DNA of 64,000 nucleotides, taken from NCBI RefSeq assembly GCF_009914755.1, contig NC_060929.1, one strand, 5' to 3'. Source of the stretch: the human T2T-CHM13v2.0 reference genome, Homo sapiens. The position numbers were made by a program, and so were the translations under genes. The notes below the pieces were generated by a model that had not been told where the DNA came from, did not search any database, and worked only from the letters and a program-made list of their open reading frames with translations. Below are positions 33,402 through 48,760 of this stretch, piece after piece (the first letter of the stretch is position 1; each line of letters opens with the position of its first letter).

Positions 33402-33513
33402 ACATTTTGTGCTTTGGGGAATAACTCAAATTCCATAAACAAAACTATTAGTACAAATGTTTTCTGGACAATCTGTGCTGTGATTTTGGAAATTGTGTGT
33501 GAAAGAGGAGAGT

Positions 33514-33815
33514 AGCTGGGCGTGGTGGCTCGCGCCTGTAATCCCAGCACTTTGGGAGGCCGAGGAGGGTGGATCATGAGGTCAGTTCAAGACCAGCCTG
33601 GCCAAGATGGTGAAACCCTGTCTCTACTAAAAATAAAAAAAATAGCCAGGCATGGTGGTGGGTGCCTGTAATCCCAGCTACTCGGGAGGCTAAGGCAGAG
33701 AATTGCTTGAACCCGGGAGGCAGAGGTTGGAGTGAGTTGAGATCACGCCACTGCACTTCAGCCTGGGCAACAGAGTGAGACTCTGTCTCAAAAATAAAAA
33801 CAAACAAACAAAAAA
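33514..33815 (+). mobile_element. AluS
   Basis: Full-length; TSD aagaggagagt / aagaagagagt. Confidence 0.95.
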
Positions 33816-34669
33816 GAAGAGAGTGAAAGAATTTGAGTCCTTGCACAGACAATAACTGTTTTTTATGTTTAAACTTTTTAGTTTCTTATGTTAAACTTTT
33901 TATGTTTAAACTTTCAAAAGGTTGAATAAATTTCATCTTATGCTTGCATTATAATAGCAAAGTTCCTTGATATGTCAAAGGCCACAAAAGTAATTTTTAG
34001 CTTAGGTACAAAACGTGCCTTGGGCCTGTTTTATATGATACTCCTTGGTTTTAGCACTACGTTAAAAAAAATGAATGTGAAAAAAATCATTTCCATGAAA
34101 GTTTTTTAATTGGCTCAAAGTTAGTAGCAATTTACTTTCAAATTTCAATCTTTATCTCTCTAGGGAAATACTTAATTCTACTGCAATTTTTATTTAAGAA
34201 ATGAAATAATTTCTAAACATTTTTAAACTTTAAGAAAGATGAAACTCTGTTATTGTGCCAATGACTTTTTATTATTAGGTGTCAGATGATAAAACATTCA
34301 AATAAGAAACAGCACTGGGATTTCACAGTGTCAGGAGAAAGGAAAGTCTATAAAAAGAAACTCAAGGTGTGTTTAAGTATGTGAAAAGAGCAGATAATCC
34401 CTAAACCTGTTTTATTTGAAGGCAAATAGGAAGATGCTTGCTTTATTTGTTGTTACAGAAGAATGTTGTTGCTAGCAAAGGATAAAATCTCAAAGCAGAG
34501 GGAGAGGGAATATAAAATGGCTGTAGATTAAACTTCTGCAAATGTTCACTTTACTACGCAGCTCCACTGTCATAAAACAGTCAAAATAGTAAGATATACT
34601 CATTCAGAACAATGACACAATGTTTATAAATATTTATATGTATGCTGAACTAGACCATTACTAAAAGCT

Positions 34670-34885
34670 GCAGCTGGGGTATAGAAAGAAAACTAGGATT
34701 TGATTGGAGGCCTTATTTTGCAAATTACTAGGCTCCATGATCTTGTGGAACTTACTTAACCTTTCTGAGTCTCAGTTTCTTATCCATAAAATAAATGAGA
34801 TTCTACCTAGCTCTGAAGAATTGAGGAGGATAATATACGTGTCTTGTATAAAGCACTATGCAAATGTGAGGGGTTATTGTTATTT
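34670..34885 (+). mobile_element. MIR
   Basis: cttacttaacctttctgagtctcagtttcttatccataaaat. Confidence 0.75.
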
Positions 34886-37800
34886 AGTAGGGAGCTCAGA
34901 GAATCTTAATATGTATTATATTTAAATTTTCTATAAATAAGTGAACTTTTTATACAGCAAAGTAGATTGAGTTGTTTGTATATGCCCTTTCCTAATATCA
35001 CTATTTCTTGAAGCAGAGAATATATTGAGGTAAATCCTCATTAGAAAATTTATTACGCAAAATTTAACCAACTGTAGTTGTGATCAGTGCTACTGATGGT
35101 CAGTGTGCTATGGGTGTGAAGCAGGAAGACCTTTTCATATGAAGAGGGTGGAGGGCAAAGGTGGTAGGGATGGGTAGAGGCAGGGGCAGGTGCAGTGGGA
35201 AATACATTTTGTAATGCCGACGCCTGAAGGAAGAGGAGGTGTCAGCCAAAGGAATGTGAGAACAAACATTTTCTATATTTAATGAGACAATCATAATTAA
35301 TACGGATATATCAAAAGTTCTCTGATCCATCATAATATCTATTTGTTGATTCAAAAGTGACAAGCAATAATTATTATGTAGGAGCCTTACGCTTTAATGA
35401 ATTATCTATGATCACTTAAAAACACTAGGTTTTCCATTTCAGACTAAGTAGTGAGATGGTAATAGATTTTTGTTAACCTTATACAGATGTACATTAAACA
35501 TATGGTATAAGAATAGCATTCTATTTTCAAAACCTGAGATTATTGATTTTCAGATCTTTAGTTGAATATGTATCGGTACAAAGACTTCTCTGTTCCATAC
35601 AAGCTATTTCTCATCTTCTACTTAAAAAAAAAAAAAAAAAATCACCAAAGACAGGGGAGCTTTCTTGCATTCCTCTAAGTGGTAGAATTATCCTAATGTT
35701 TGGGAAATCAGTCCTGGCATCCTTTAGTCTGGATAAAACATTTGAAGAAGCATGGTATGACATACAGGCAAGGAAGACCCAGCTACTTCAGTAAGGTTGC
35801 TGTATATATCCTCTCCATCCATCATCTGCAAATACCTTCCTCTGTCTTGGGATCCAAGCCCTCTGCCAAGGTGTAGAACTTGTATACTGATTTCTCATTA
35901 TTTGGAGGTGATTAAGCTAATCAGTTAATACAACAAAAGGAGAAAAATAAGGTAATTACTTTCTAAGAATATTTCCATGTTCCATAGCCCAATTCCTCAC
36001 TGGATCACCTGTCCACTCCTTGAACATCATGTCCCTGCGTTTCCCACTTCCCAGCCATTTCATGTCTGCCACAGAACAGTTTCCTTTCACACCAAATGCT
36101 TGATAACCTGAAAAGTGAGTAGAAACTCATATTCAACTTTAAGAACTCATGTAAACAGGTTAGGTTATTGAGAATCCACACAGTGTTAGGCCTCTAGATC
36201 AAATATTTTACATAAATAGACTCATTTAATACTCAAAACGGTCAGTAAAATTAGGCATCATTATCCAAAGTTTGCTTCCAACATACTGCTAACTAGGACC
36301 ACACTGCCTCTTTGCATAGGAAAGAACATATTCCTTTTAAAAACACTGTTCTTAAAGTGGAAACTATTTTATGGAAAGAGCATCGATCTAATTTCTGACC
36401 TCCACTCCAGTGTTTCCACATTGCACCAGCTCTTCGGTAACATATGTGCCATACTCCAACATCACTTTCTGGAATCTGCCTAAGAAATAGTTCTTTGGGT
36501 GAAAGTCTCTATACTTCTTCCAGCACTGAAATGCACATCTCCTGCTTTAGATTAACTTAATAACAATGTCTTAGTTAACTTGAAGTTCATCTAACAAACA
36601 TTTATCGAGCACATTTCATGTGCCATACTAGATGGAGACCTTAAAGAACCTGCCCCTCCACCTAAGGACTGTAAGACAAAGGAAGATAGCAGCACAGCTG
36701 GAAGACTCTACACCCTTCCATTCAATCCTGATACCCCAATACTTTTCTTCCTTCAACAACAATTAGGTTACTTTAGAAAAGGATAAAATTTTCGATCTAA
36801 TCACTTTTCTGCCAAGCTAATACAGTCAGATTTACCATTTCTTCTTTACAGAGATTTATAAATATATAAATATTTTGCAAAGCATACCTTGTGAGCTTAC
36901 GGCAGCATTTTACTAGGATTACAACTGAAATTAAAGCTCCAAAACTGGAATAGATTTTACAGTTTAAGAAAGAATTTTTCGATAAATAAAACACACTTCT
37001 AAAACTTACAATTTAAAGTAGGGCAGGAAAGTGATGTTAGCAAAAATGGCAGAGTAGGCACCTCCAAGTGCCCCATCTCCCAAGGAAACATTCAAAATTC
37101 AAGAAAAAGCTTTGAGAATTGACATTGTTAGAACTCTGGAAAACAGACAAAGGTTTACAGCAACTAAGCAATGCCGAATCAAGAGTAAGGCAATTTAAAA
37201 ATGGTAGAAAAGCACAGTAACAGTTGCATATGTTCTGGCCCAAACCTGTTTCCTGGCTCAGCAGCAGTCTTAAAGGCAACAGTCTGGATTTCCAGTGTGG
37301 GACCCTGGCGCCTGGTTCTGAAGGCTGCACAGTGTACCTTATTTACAAAGAATTGTTTTTGTCATTTCTAACTTATCTAGAGGCTACCTGAAGAACTTTG
37401 TTTCACCTAACTCAAAACACATTCGAGGTGGAAACCCTGCAGCTGCCTAGGACAAAAGATTAAAGTTGAGGCATACGAGTCCCAAAAATATGGAAAAGAA
37501 AAGCTGGAGAGAGTTGTTGTTGTTGTTGTCGTTGTTTTGAGAAAACAGGGCATTCAAAAGTGTCTATATATACTAGAGAATTTACAAAGTCATGCACATA
37601 CCCACAGCATGATATACATTCAAAAAAAGACCCTGAGAGATTTTCTTCCCCCCACCCCACTTCCTCTCTCTTGCTTGTGGCTCCTGGCATTCAAGAAAAT
37701 CTCTTTCAGAACACTATCTGAATGGAAGCTAAAGGAATAAAGCTATCAGAGACCACATATGATAAAGAATACATCCCTCGTTTTAATAGTTTAGAAATGT

Positions 37801-37915
37801 CACTAAACTAACAGCTGCAGCTTACAGCAAACAACAACAACAAAACCCTGAAGAAAAGAAAGACTGATTTCCAGGGTTACCATATTACAAAAGTCAAAAT
37901 GTCCAATTTTAAACA

Positions 37916-38006
37916 AAAAATATATAAGGCATGCAAAGAAAGAGGAAGTATGGTCCATTCACAAAAGACCATACTTCCTCTTTCTTTGCATGCCTTATAT
38001 ATTTTT
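37916..38006. repeat. Perfect inverted repeat, 40-bp arms, 11-nt loop
   Basis: 37916-37955 is the exact reverse complement of 37967-38006. Confidence 0.97.
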
Positions 38007-38557
38007 CACAAAAGAAATTAATAGAAATTTCACAAAAGAAATTAATAGAAATTTCCCTGAGGACCAAAGGCACTAAACTTACAGATAAAGACTTTAAGTC
38101 AGTTGTCTTACATATGCCCACAGTACTAAAGGAAACCATAGATGCACTAAAGGACATCAGGAGAATGATACATGAACAAATAGAGAATATCAATAAAGAG
38201 ACAGAAATTATAAAAAGGAACCAAATAGAAAATCTGGAGCTGACATATGAACAAATAGAGACCATCAATAAAGAGATAGAAATTACAGAAAGGAACCAAA
38301 CAGAAAATCTGGAGCTGAAAACTACAATGACTCAAATAAAAAGCTCACTAGAGGGTTTTAATAGCAGATGTGGGCAAGCAGAAAAAATAACCAGTGAACA
38401 TGAAGATAGGTCCACTGCAATTATCCAATCTGAGGAGCAGAAAGAAAAAAGGATGAAGAAAAATGATCAGAGCCTAAAAGACCAGCTGGACACCATAACA
38501 GTATACCAACTTACACATAATGGGAAGCCCAGAAGAGAAGAGAAAGAAAAAAAATGA
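37931..38557 (+). pseudogene. Residual open frame of L1 ORF1p (coiled-coil region), 208 aa, not a host gene
   Basis: Resembles the L1 ORF1p N-terminal/coiled-coil region; frame breaks before the RRM and CTD. Confidence 0.8.
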
Positions 38558-39079
38558 TTTGAAGAAATAATGGCTAAAAACTCCCCAAATGTAAAAAAAA
38601 GACACAAATCTATACAGTCAAGAAGCTCGGTGAACTCCAACAAGAATCAATGCAAAGAGATCTGCACCAAAACATCTAATAATCAAATTATTGAAAGCCA
38701 AGGAATTTTGAAACAAGGTATTTTTAAAGCAACAAGATGAGAGAAGGAATTTACCACATAGAAGTGAGCTTCAATAAGACTAAGAGAAGATTTATCATTG
38801 GACACTATGGGGACCAAAAAGGAGTGGGACAACATTTTTAAAGTGCTGAAAGAATAAAAAATGTTGACCAAGAATTTCATATATGACCAAGACATCCTTA
38901 AAAAATAAAGCAGAAATTACAACATTCCCAGAAAAACCAGCACCGAGAAGGTTTGCTTTTAGTAGACCTCCCTTACCAGAAGGCTAAAGAGAGTTCTTTA
39001 GGTTGAAACAAAAGGACACTAGATAGTAAGTCAAAGCTATAACAAAGACATAAAGAATGCCGTTAAAAGTAACCAAATG

Positions 39080-39363
39080 GAGCCAGGCATGGTGATTTAT
39101 GCCTATAATCCCAGCACTTTGGGTGAATTGCTTGAGCCCAGGAGTTTGAGACCAGCTCAGGTAACATGGCAAAAGCTTGTCTCTACAAAAAAATACAAAA
39201 ATTAGCTGGGTATGGTGGTATATGCCCATAGTCCCAGCTACTCAGGAGGCTGAGGTGAGAGAATCAACTGAGCCCGGAAGGTCAAGGCTGCAATGAGCCA
39301 TGATTGTACCATTGCATTCCAGCCTGGGCAACAGAGTGAGACCTTGTCTCAAAAACAGAAAAA
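39080..39363 (+). mobile_element. AluJ within L1
   Basis: Diverged Alu with small left-arm deletion. Confidence 0.92.
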
Positions 39364-39454
39364 TAGTAATCAAACAGGTAAATATAAAAGCTAGTATATA
39401 TTTTAAATTTGTAACTCCTCTTTTTACTTTCTACATGATTTAAAAGACAAATGT

Positions 39455-39799
<345 letters not shown>

Positions 39800-41129
39800 T
39801 TATGAGAACAACATAAAGAGGAGGAGAACAAAGCCGTACAGAAGCAGAGTTTTTATATGCTGTTACGTTGGTATCAAGTAAAAGTAGACTGTTAGAAATT
39901 TAGGACATTAATTGTAATCCCCATAGTAAGCACTAGGAAAATGTCTTTAAAAAATCACAAAAGGAAAAGAGAATCAAAACAATACATTCCACTAAAACAT
40001 CAACTAAACACAAAAGAAGGCAGTACTGGAGGGAATGACAAAAATGTGTAAGACATACAGAAAACAAATAGCAAAAAGGTTAAGATTCTTGTTGGTAGTT
40101 ACTTGAAGTATAAATGGATCAAACTCTTCAATATAAAGGCAGAGATTGGCACAATGGAGTAAAAAACATCAGGATCCAACCATATACTGTTTATAAGAAA
40201 CTCACTTTAGATCCAAAGACAAACATTGGTTAAAGTGCACAGATGAAAAAAGATATTGTATGCACATAGTGACCAAAAAACAGTTGGTGTGACTAAAATA
40301 ATATCAGCTAAAATGGTCAAAAAGTTTTTACAAGACAAAAAAAGATATTATGTATTGATAAAAGGGTCAATTCATCAGAAGATATAACAATTATAAACAC
40401 ATATGCACCAAATATCAGATCTCCAAAGTATATGAAGCCAACATTTACAAAATTGAAGGAAGAAATAGAAAATTCGACAATAATAATTGGGGACATCAAT
40501 ACCTCACTTTCAATAATAGAAAGAATATCTAGATGAAAAATCAGTGAGGAAATAAGAGGATTTGAACACCATTATAAACCAATTAGACCTAACAGACATA
40601 CATAGAACACTCCAGCCAGTAACAGAATACACCTTCTTCTCGAGTGCATGTGGCACATTCTCTAAGACAGATCATATATTAGACCACAAAACAAGTCTCA
40701 ATAAATTTAAAGTATGGTAAAAATTATTACAATTTTAAGTTTTAAAAAAATTTTGTTTCATTTTCAAATAAATGTGCTGGCTAATAAATGTATGATATTA
40801 ATAAAAGATGCACTGTTAAGCCAAATGACTGCCAAGATAATACCTATGCAAATTTATGGGAGGAGAAATGAGCAAAAATCCCCCAAGGGCGCTTTTTATC
40901 TATGTGCTAGGCAATAGAGACACAATAGAGAATAAAATAAACATAAAATCCTTGCCTTCACAGAGGTCATATTTTGGTGGGGGAGATGATCAATATATCT
41001 ATATTAAGAAACGAAGAGCCTAGTTTCAGGTTCTAATAAATTTTATGTAGAAGATATGCTAAGGTAACTGTGGGAGAGAGTAACCTGGAGGATTGCTTTT
41101 GCTAGGATAAAAGGGGTAACGATACTCTG

Positions 41130-41550
41130 CCTCTTTTCCTCTGGCACTGGCTATAGAGGTGCAGTTCTCTCTTGGGACCTATGGACTTATTATTCCTACT
41201 ACTTTCTGCACTGATTTGCACCTCTTCCTGTTTTTGATCATTTGTCACCTTCTCAGTGAGGCCTTCCATGCTCGTGATCATCCAACGTTGCATTCCTCCT
41301 CCCTCCTCACTCCCTGCCCCACTGGCAACTCTCCTTCCTTTCTTCTTGCATTGTAACTCCCACACTTAGCACTATCATAGGATACATTTTACTTTGCTAT
41401 CTTGTTTACTTTTTTTTTCCCTTTACTATACTGAAAGTTCCAAGACAGGAGCATGGCTTGTCCTGATCACTGCTGCATCTGTTGTGCCTGGAGCAGTGTC
41501 TGACATATAGTAGATGCTTGGTAAATATTTGTCGAAAGAATTAATGAGTG
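41130..41550 (+). mobile_element. L2 3' end
   Basis: tgtcaccttctcagtgaggccttcc ... cagtgtctgacatatagtagatgcttggtaaatatttgtcgaaagaattaatg. Confidence 0.8.
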
Positions 41551-42229
41551 GAGATGTCAAGCAGACAGACAGATATATAAGTCTATAGTTCAAACGAAAG
41601 TGCTTGACGGGAAGATATAAGTTTGAAAGTCAAAGGAGATTAAAATGGGTATTGTTTTCTTCAACATAAAGATGTAGAAATTGGTTCATATAGGCAAATG
41701 AGTATGTACAATGATATATCATCTTCTCATTATCTCACAAGCTGAAGCAATCTAGCTGGTAGAAGAGATAAACATTTCCTGGTGCATATTCTAAAGGGAT
41801 ATTAACATTTGGACATTTAAAAACAAGAACACTAAAACACATAATGAAATAATCTATCCTTAACAGTGATTTTCTTATTGTGACCCTTGATGACAGCTCA
41901 GGTCACTACAAAAGTAAATGTGCTTCAGTGAAAGAATCTTACGGCCCAAACCAATGAGGCTAGGGCACAAAGATTTCCTGAGCTCTAACTTAATCTAAGG
42001 ATAGAATTTAGAATACCTAATGATGTAGAGACAGCTTGTCCTCCTTTCTATTCTGTTGTGACAGGAGCATTCAGTTCAAGGTTGATCTCTCTTGTGGTTA
42101 TTTTGTATTGCTGAGTAAAGAGACGTCAAGATGTTTTGTAAAATAGGTGCCCAAGTTGCAAGACTGAAATTTCATCATATAAATATCAATATGTCTGACT
42201 TGTTTTCTTGCCAGATAAGTAGCCACTTC

Positions 42230-42350
42230 ACCTCTTTGTGGAGGTGAGGGTTAAGTGATTCTTCCAAAGTCACAGCTAGTGGCAGAGATGGGGCTTGACC
42301 TCAGGTCTCCGAACTCCCAGCTCAGAGTATTCCACTTTCAATCCTCTGTG
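42230..42350 (-). mobile_element. MIR fragment
   Basis: ggttaagtgattcttccaaagtcacagctagtggcagagatgggg. Confidence 0.65.
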
Positions 42351-42744
42351 CCTTTTATACTCACATATTAAAAGAGAACAGGTCACATTTCTGGAACACT
42401 GTGGGTGGGATCCTGAGGCTGTCTTTATTTGTAACCTTCTCTAAAGCACCTATCACTGCAGGAAACAGAAGAGGCTTGTTTTTGTCAGGGTTTCTTGTAT
42501 CTTGTCCTTGTACCACATGGTCCAAATGTTAGGGCTCTAGGCATCTGCCCTTCCCTTTAGTTTCTCTATCTACATCCAGTTGTGGACTGGGGAATACCAA
42601 AGATAAATAGGAAATAGGATAACTGCTTCTATATGAAACAAGGTTATGGTTAGGCTTGAAATTTTTTAAATCGCTGTTTAGATTAGGAAAAACATTAATA
42701 AGTAGAGTCATAGACTTTAGAAATAATTATATATACAAGGATCA

Positions 42745-43047
<303 letters not shown>

Positions 43048-43149
43048 TCATTCCCATTGATTGATTTTATATTTTAAAATTTACTAGTTGTTTGTGATGC
43101 AAAAACCACTTTTAAAAGAAAGAAGCTGTACCTAATCCCATCATCCAAA

Positions 43150-43740
43150 TGGTTGAAGTGAACATTAAATTTTAAAAAGGGGGAGAAATACACACATAGG
43201 TTTAGAAAATTCCAACAGTAGAGAAAGGCATGAAACATAAATTAATTATTCTTACTTGTATGTATTATATTTCTGTGTTTCCTTCCAGAACAAAATATCT
43301 TTTATGTTATAGGAGTCTGTGTTGGCATGTATTAATTTAATGTATGTCTATAATATACACAAAACAACCCATATTGTTCAGACTTCTATAGCTTGCCTTT
43401 TTTGACTATTTTATCCTGAAGGTCTTTCGATAGCAGCACATATTTTTTCAGGGAGCATATGGAGTTCTATACTACAGATGTAATGTAATTAATTCAACCA
43501 GTTCCCTACTGATAGGCATTTAGGTTATTCCCAGTTTGTTACTATTATTAGCAACACTTTAATGAACATCTTTGTACATACAGCTTGGTGTACTTTCACA
43601 AGTATATTCTTAGGGGAAACTACTGATGGTAAGAGTATAGGATAAAAGGGAATGTGCATTTACAATGTTGACAGGTATTACCAAATTGTTCCCTAACATC
43701 CTTGGACAATTTGTACTCTAGCTAACAGTTGGAGACCATA
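43150..43740 (-). mobile_element. L1ME-type 3' fragment
   Basis: ctactgataggcatttaggttattcccagttt...aatgaacatctttgtacatac. Confidence 0.7.
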
Positions 43741-45039
43741 ATATCCATAATACTTTTAATCAACAGGTACATAAAATAAAAAGTATGATGTAAATATAAA
43801 TTATACTTGTGTATTCTATCCCATGTACTCCATCTCTGGGGCTACCATGATTTATACAAGTAATTACCATTAAGTATAATATAACATATCTGGAACTTTA
43901 TGTTACCAAACAACATTAATTCACTGAGAAAACAATTCATAGTCATTGCTATAGAATCTTCCATAATAATGATCCTGGGAGTTGGAAGCCAGCTCCAATT
44001 ATCAATAATTGGAACCATACAAGAGTGTGTTGTGTGTGTCACTTTTTGAACAGTAAGTTTCATTTCGAAATCTATCTGAATCAGCTTGTAAAATCTCAAA
44101 ACCAAAACATTTGTTCATCATCTCTATGCAAGGATTGATCAGAAATATATAGTAAATGTATACTCTATTTTCCTCAAAAGTAATGAGAAATAATTCATAG
44201 TAGTGTTCTAGTTAAATGATGTGAACAGATTTCATCATTTAACTTTGGTTCATTTAAACTGGATCAAAGGCCTAAAGGATATATGAAAATTTTGAATTTT
44301 AAATTATGAAGACAATTGTCCTATGGATATTAGAAGAAAGGAAACAGAAGGCAGTGGTTAGAAAAGAGTTATCAAAATAAGGTTTTTTTATTTTTATTTT
44401 TTTTTAAGTGAGGGCTGTAAAACTAATCTCAGCTTCTTTCTTTACAAGTTATGTGACTTCAGAGAAAATACTTAACTCTCCAGGCTTTAAATGAGGTAAT
44501 GAAAACATTTAGTCCAGTACCTGGCACCTCGATAGTACCACATGAATGTGAACTGCTATTAATCTACAGCCTCTATTACCCCATTATTAACAGTAGGTCT
44601 GAAAAAATAGAAAAGAATGTCTCCTAGGATATAGACAAAAAGGTAATAAAGGATGGGAAGAATTTGAGAGTAGATGTTTACTACCTAATTAGCACATTTA
44701 TCCCCTTTCTCAAGTGAACAATGAACGTGTTATCTCCAAAGAAGCAGATCACAGTGCAAGACTGTCAGATTTCCACATTATGATTTTGGTTTTCCAAAAC
44801 TTTTGCAGACTTTGGCATGGTAAAAATACATCTTGAAAGCCTTATTCTGGAACTGAAGAATTTAAGTTAGTCTGCTTTGGGTGAAAAACAGTGTTTCCCA
44901 GTAGGAGCCAGCACAGAAACTCATAGGGTCTTCTGACATGAAAGGCAAGTTTCAGCTTTATTTCTTCACCCAATTTTATGAATTTCATAAAAAATAAATT
45001 CATACAAAATGAAAATTCAAGAATATAAAATTGACTCTA

Positions 45040-45390
<351 letters not shown>

Positions 45391-45761
45391 TTACATTCTT
45401 TGATAATTGATTGCCACGAGAATTCTGGAAATAGTTAATTCTTCTCAGCAATAAATTTGCCTTATTTTTAAATGCTCTCGATTCAAAGATTCCCTTGATT
45501 TGACCTTGTAATTTCTCTTTTTATCTGAAGATTGCAGAAGAGAGATGGTAACTACATGGGCCACCTATTCCCACAGCTGAGGCCAACTGTGCAGAATACT
45601 GAAGCCTTTTTCCCCAAGGAGCCTGGTTGTGGCCACAGAGTGCTTCTCAGCAAGTGCTACCTGTTCCTCCCTCATCTTGGACAGGAGGTGGCACTCATTT
45701 GTCATCCCTTTTACAGAATATTCACTTTACAGGAAGGTCCCACTAAAATCAGTTAGTATAG

Positions 45762-46178
<417 letters not shown>

Positions 46179-47329
46179 TCTATACTGGTTTTAAACACTT
46201 AGTTACTTAAACCAAAATTCATAGGCTCCCTGAGATAGTAGGGATTTTCGTATTCTTCTAATCTTACTTCTTCCTAATGTAGAAATACTTTCTATAACAT
46301 CCTTGATGATTAGACACTGAATTCCAGAGCTAACACTCTAGCAATGTAGAACTGGCTGAGGAGTACCCTGTTACAAGTAAAAGAGCAGTGGATGAAATGT
46401 TGGGATAGCTGGGGTTATACTCCCACCCCACTCCTGAAGGTAAGCGACTTATTCCATTGTGCACCTTGGTTTTCTTTCCTCTAAAACATAGTTGTTATTT
46501 ATTGATTGCTAAGATGCCTTAGAGGCCTGCCAATTTGCAAAACATTTCATAAGAAAATCTTTGCCAGGAAGTCCTAATTGTTAGAAATCTGCCTCCTTTA
46601 ACTTCTGCCCAGGCCCTCTAATCTTGACTCTAGAGAGATTCAAACAAGTAGATTTTCACACAATTGAAAGCTAGGTATCACATCTGCCAGAAGCATTCTT
46701 TCTTCCGGACCTTGCAGAGTCCTTAGAATATATTTCTTGTTTGTATATTATTAATATCTCCTTTAGTGTTTAATCAAATGATATAGTGGTTAATAGGACA
46801 AAATTTATTCATGGTATTTTGGTGGAAGAAGATAAGTGGAAGGCTGAAGCTCTGCAACTCATAGTGTAAGCATTTTAAAGACTATTTTAGTAAAAGATTA
46901 AATAAAGAATATTATTTTAGCAATCTTCTGAAACTGATTGACAACAGTTGACATTTAATTAATTACTATTTTTATGAGCCAAGGTTTTGCTCTTTGTAAG
47001 ATTTCAAAATCCTGAGGTAGGGGGGACTTGTGTTGAAATGCAGTGAAAGCCTTAGAGACCACAGAAGAGAGTTGGGCTTTTGGGCCTTGAATTAAATGGG
47101 CCATGGACTGTGTGTGCATTTTGGGATTCTATTTCTGTTTTTCTTTTTTTTTTTTTCTGTGTGGGGGGTTTCTTGTATCCTTGCTCACTGTTGGTCTGTC
47201 TGCTATTACTCATGCTGCTGCCAGTGGACTTGACTATATCAGTGCATCTTTCTTCTTCCAAAGTTCCTGCTTCTGATCTACTGTGGGTTTGGCAAGCACA
47301 CAACCAAACATTTTAGAAACTTGTCTGAG

Positions 47330-48760
47330 ATTGGAGTAAATGGACTGAGATACCATTTTTCATCTACCCAGTTGGATAAAAATGTAAAAGAATTATTACT
47401 ATTACTATTGTGGGAGTGGGGAACATCGACAAACTCTTGCTCTGCAGTGTATTAAAAGGTATTAACACTTTGGATAGCTGTGATATTGTGAAATATATAT
47501 TTGGTTTTCATCCCCATTTCCTGACATACAATTTCTAAAATCCTTGGACTCTCCAAAAGGCTGTCTTTTTGGTATACTAATGTTGACTGCTAACTTTAGG
47601 ATGGGGCTGGTCACCAGAAAGACATATGCAGGATTAGAGGAGTGGAACTTGCAGCCCCATCCTCCAACCTCAGGGAAGGGGAAAAGGACTGAAGATCAAG
47701 TTGATCACCAGTGGCAATGGTTTAAACAATCATTCCTCCGTAATGAAGCCTCCATAAAAACCCAAGAGAACAGGGTTCGGAGAGCTTCTGGATGGCTCAA
47801 CATGTGGAGGTTCCCAGAAGGTTGTACCCCAGGGAGGACACTGAGACTCCACGCCCCTTCCCTCATACCTCACCCTATGCATCTCTTCATCCGTATCCTT
47901 TGTAATGTCCTTCATAATAAAGCGGTAAATGTAAGTAAGTGTTTCCCTGAGTTCTGTGTGCTGCTCCAGCAAGTTAACAGAACCAAAAGTGGGAGTTGTG
48001 GGAACCCCAACTTGAGCTGGTCATTCAGAAATTCTTGAGACCTGGACTTGCAACTGGTGTGCTGTTGGGACAATCATGGGGACTGAACCCCAGCATGTGG
48101 GATCTCACACTATCTCCAGGTAGATAGTGGTGGGATTGAATTGGAGGCCACTGCAGAATTAATTGCTCACTTGGTGGTGGAAAGCAACCCACACACATTT
48201 GGTCAAAGAAGTCTTATTCCGTGTTGACGACTGTTACTGTGGTGGTGTAAGAGAAGAGAGAAAAGGTGGTTTGAGAGTTTTTCCCAAACAATAGCTATTT
48301 GACAATCTATTTTAAAAGCCCTAAAACAATGCATCCCCGCAAATATGTGAGACAAATTCCACATGCAGAAATCTGTCCTCAGAAACTAGATGTACAAGTA
48401 CAGAAAGATGTATGAATAAGGCTTTGATTATAATAATGAAATGTTGGAAAGATCCTATACATCTACCTTTAGGGCACTAGTTCAATAAGCTGTGTTGCAG
48501 CCATATAATAATGTCATGAAAAAATGATACTGCAGGTGTATAATTACCAACAAAGAAGTAGGTACACACTAAACTGGAATATAAGTCAGTTCATATATTA
48601 TAATCCCCTTTAAAAAATAGACATACATATTGGAATGGAAAAATCTGCAATAATATAGACAAATGTTAGTTAAGAGTCAGTGTTCAGTATATTATAATTT
48701 CAGGTTTTTTTAGTTTAAAATTTTTGTTTATTTGTATTTTCTAACTTTTCCAAAACATTA
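47330..48760 (+). mobile_element. L1ME-type fragment split by the MER21 LTR
   Basis: gagataccatttt...; after the LTR, tatttgacaatctattttaaaagccctaaaacaatgcat. Confidence 0.55.
47479..48290. mobile_element. MER21-family solo LTR
   Basis: TG...CA termini (tgtgatattgtgaaatatatatttgg ... ttcccaaaca), perfect 5-bp TSD atagc. Confidence 0.85.

Noticed and set aside
43842-44105. 87-aa minus-strand ORF with possible exon boundaries
   Set aside because: Weak splice signals and no recognisable homology.
47544-48038. 164-aa ORF
   Set aside because: Lies wholly within the MER21 solo LTR; chance open frame.
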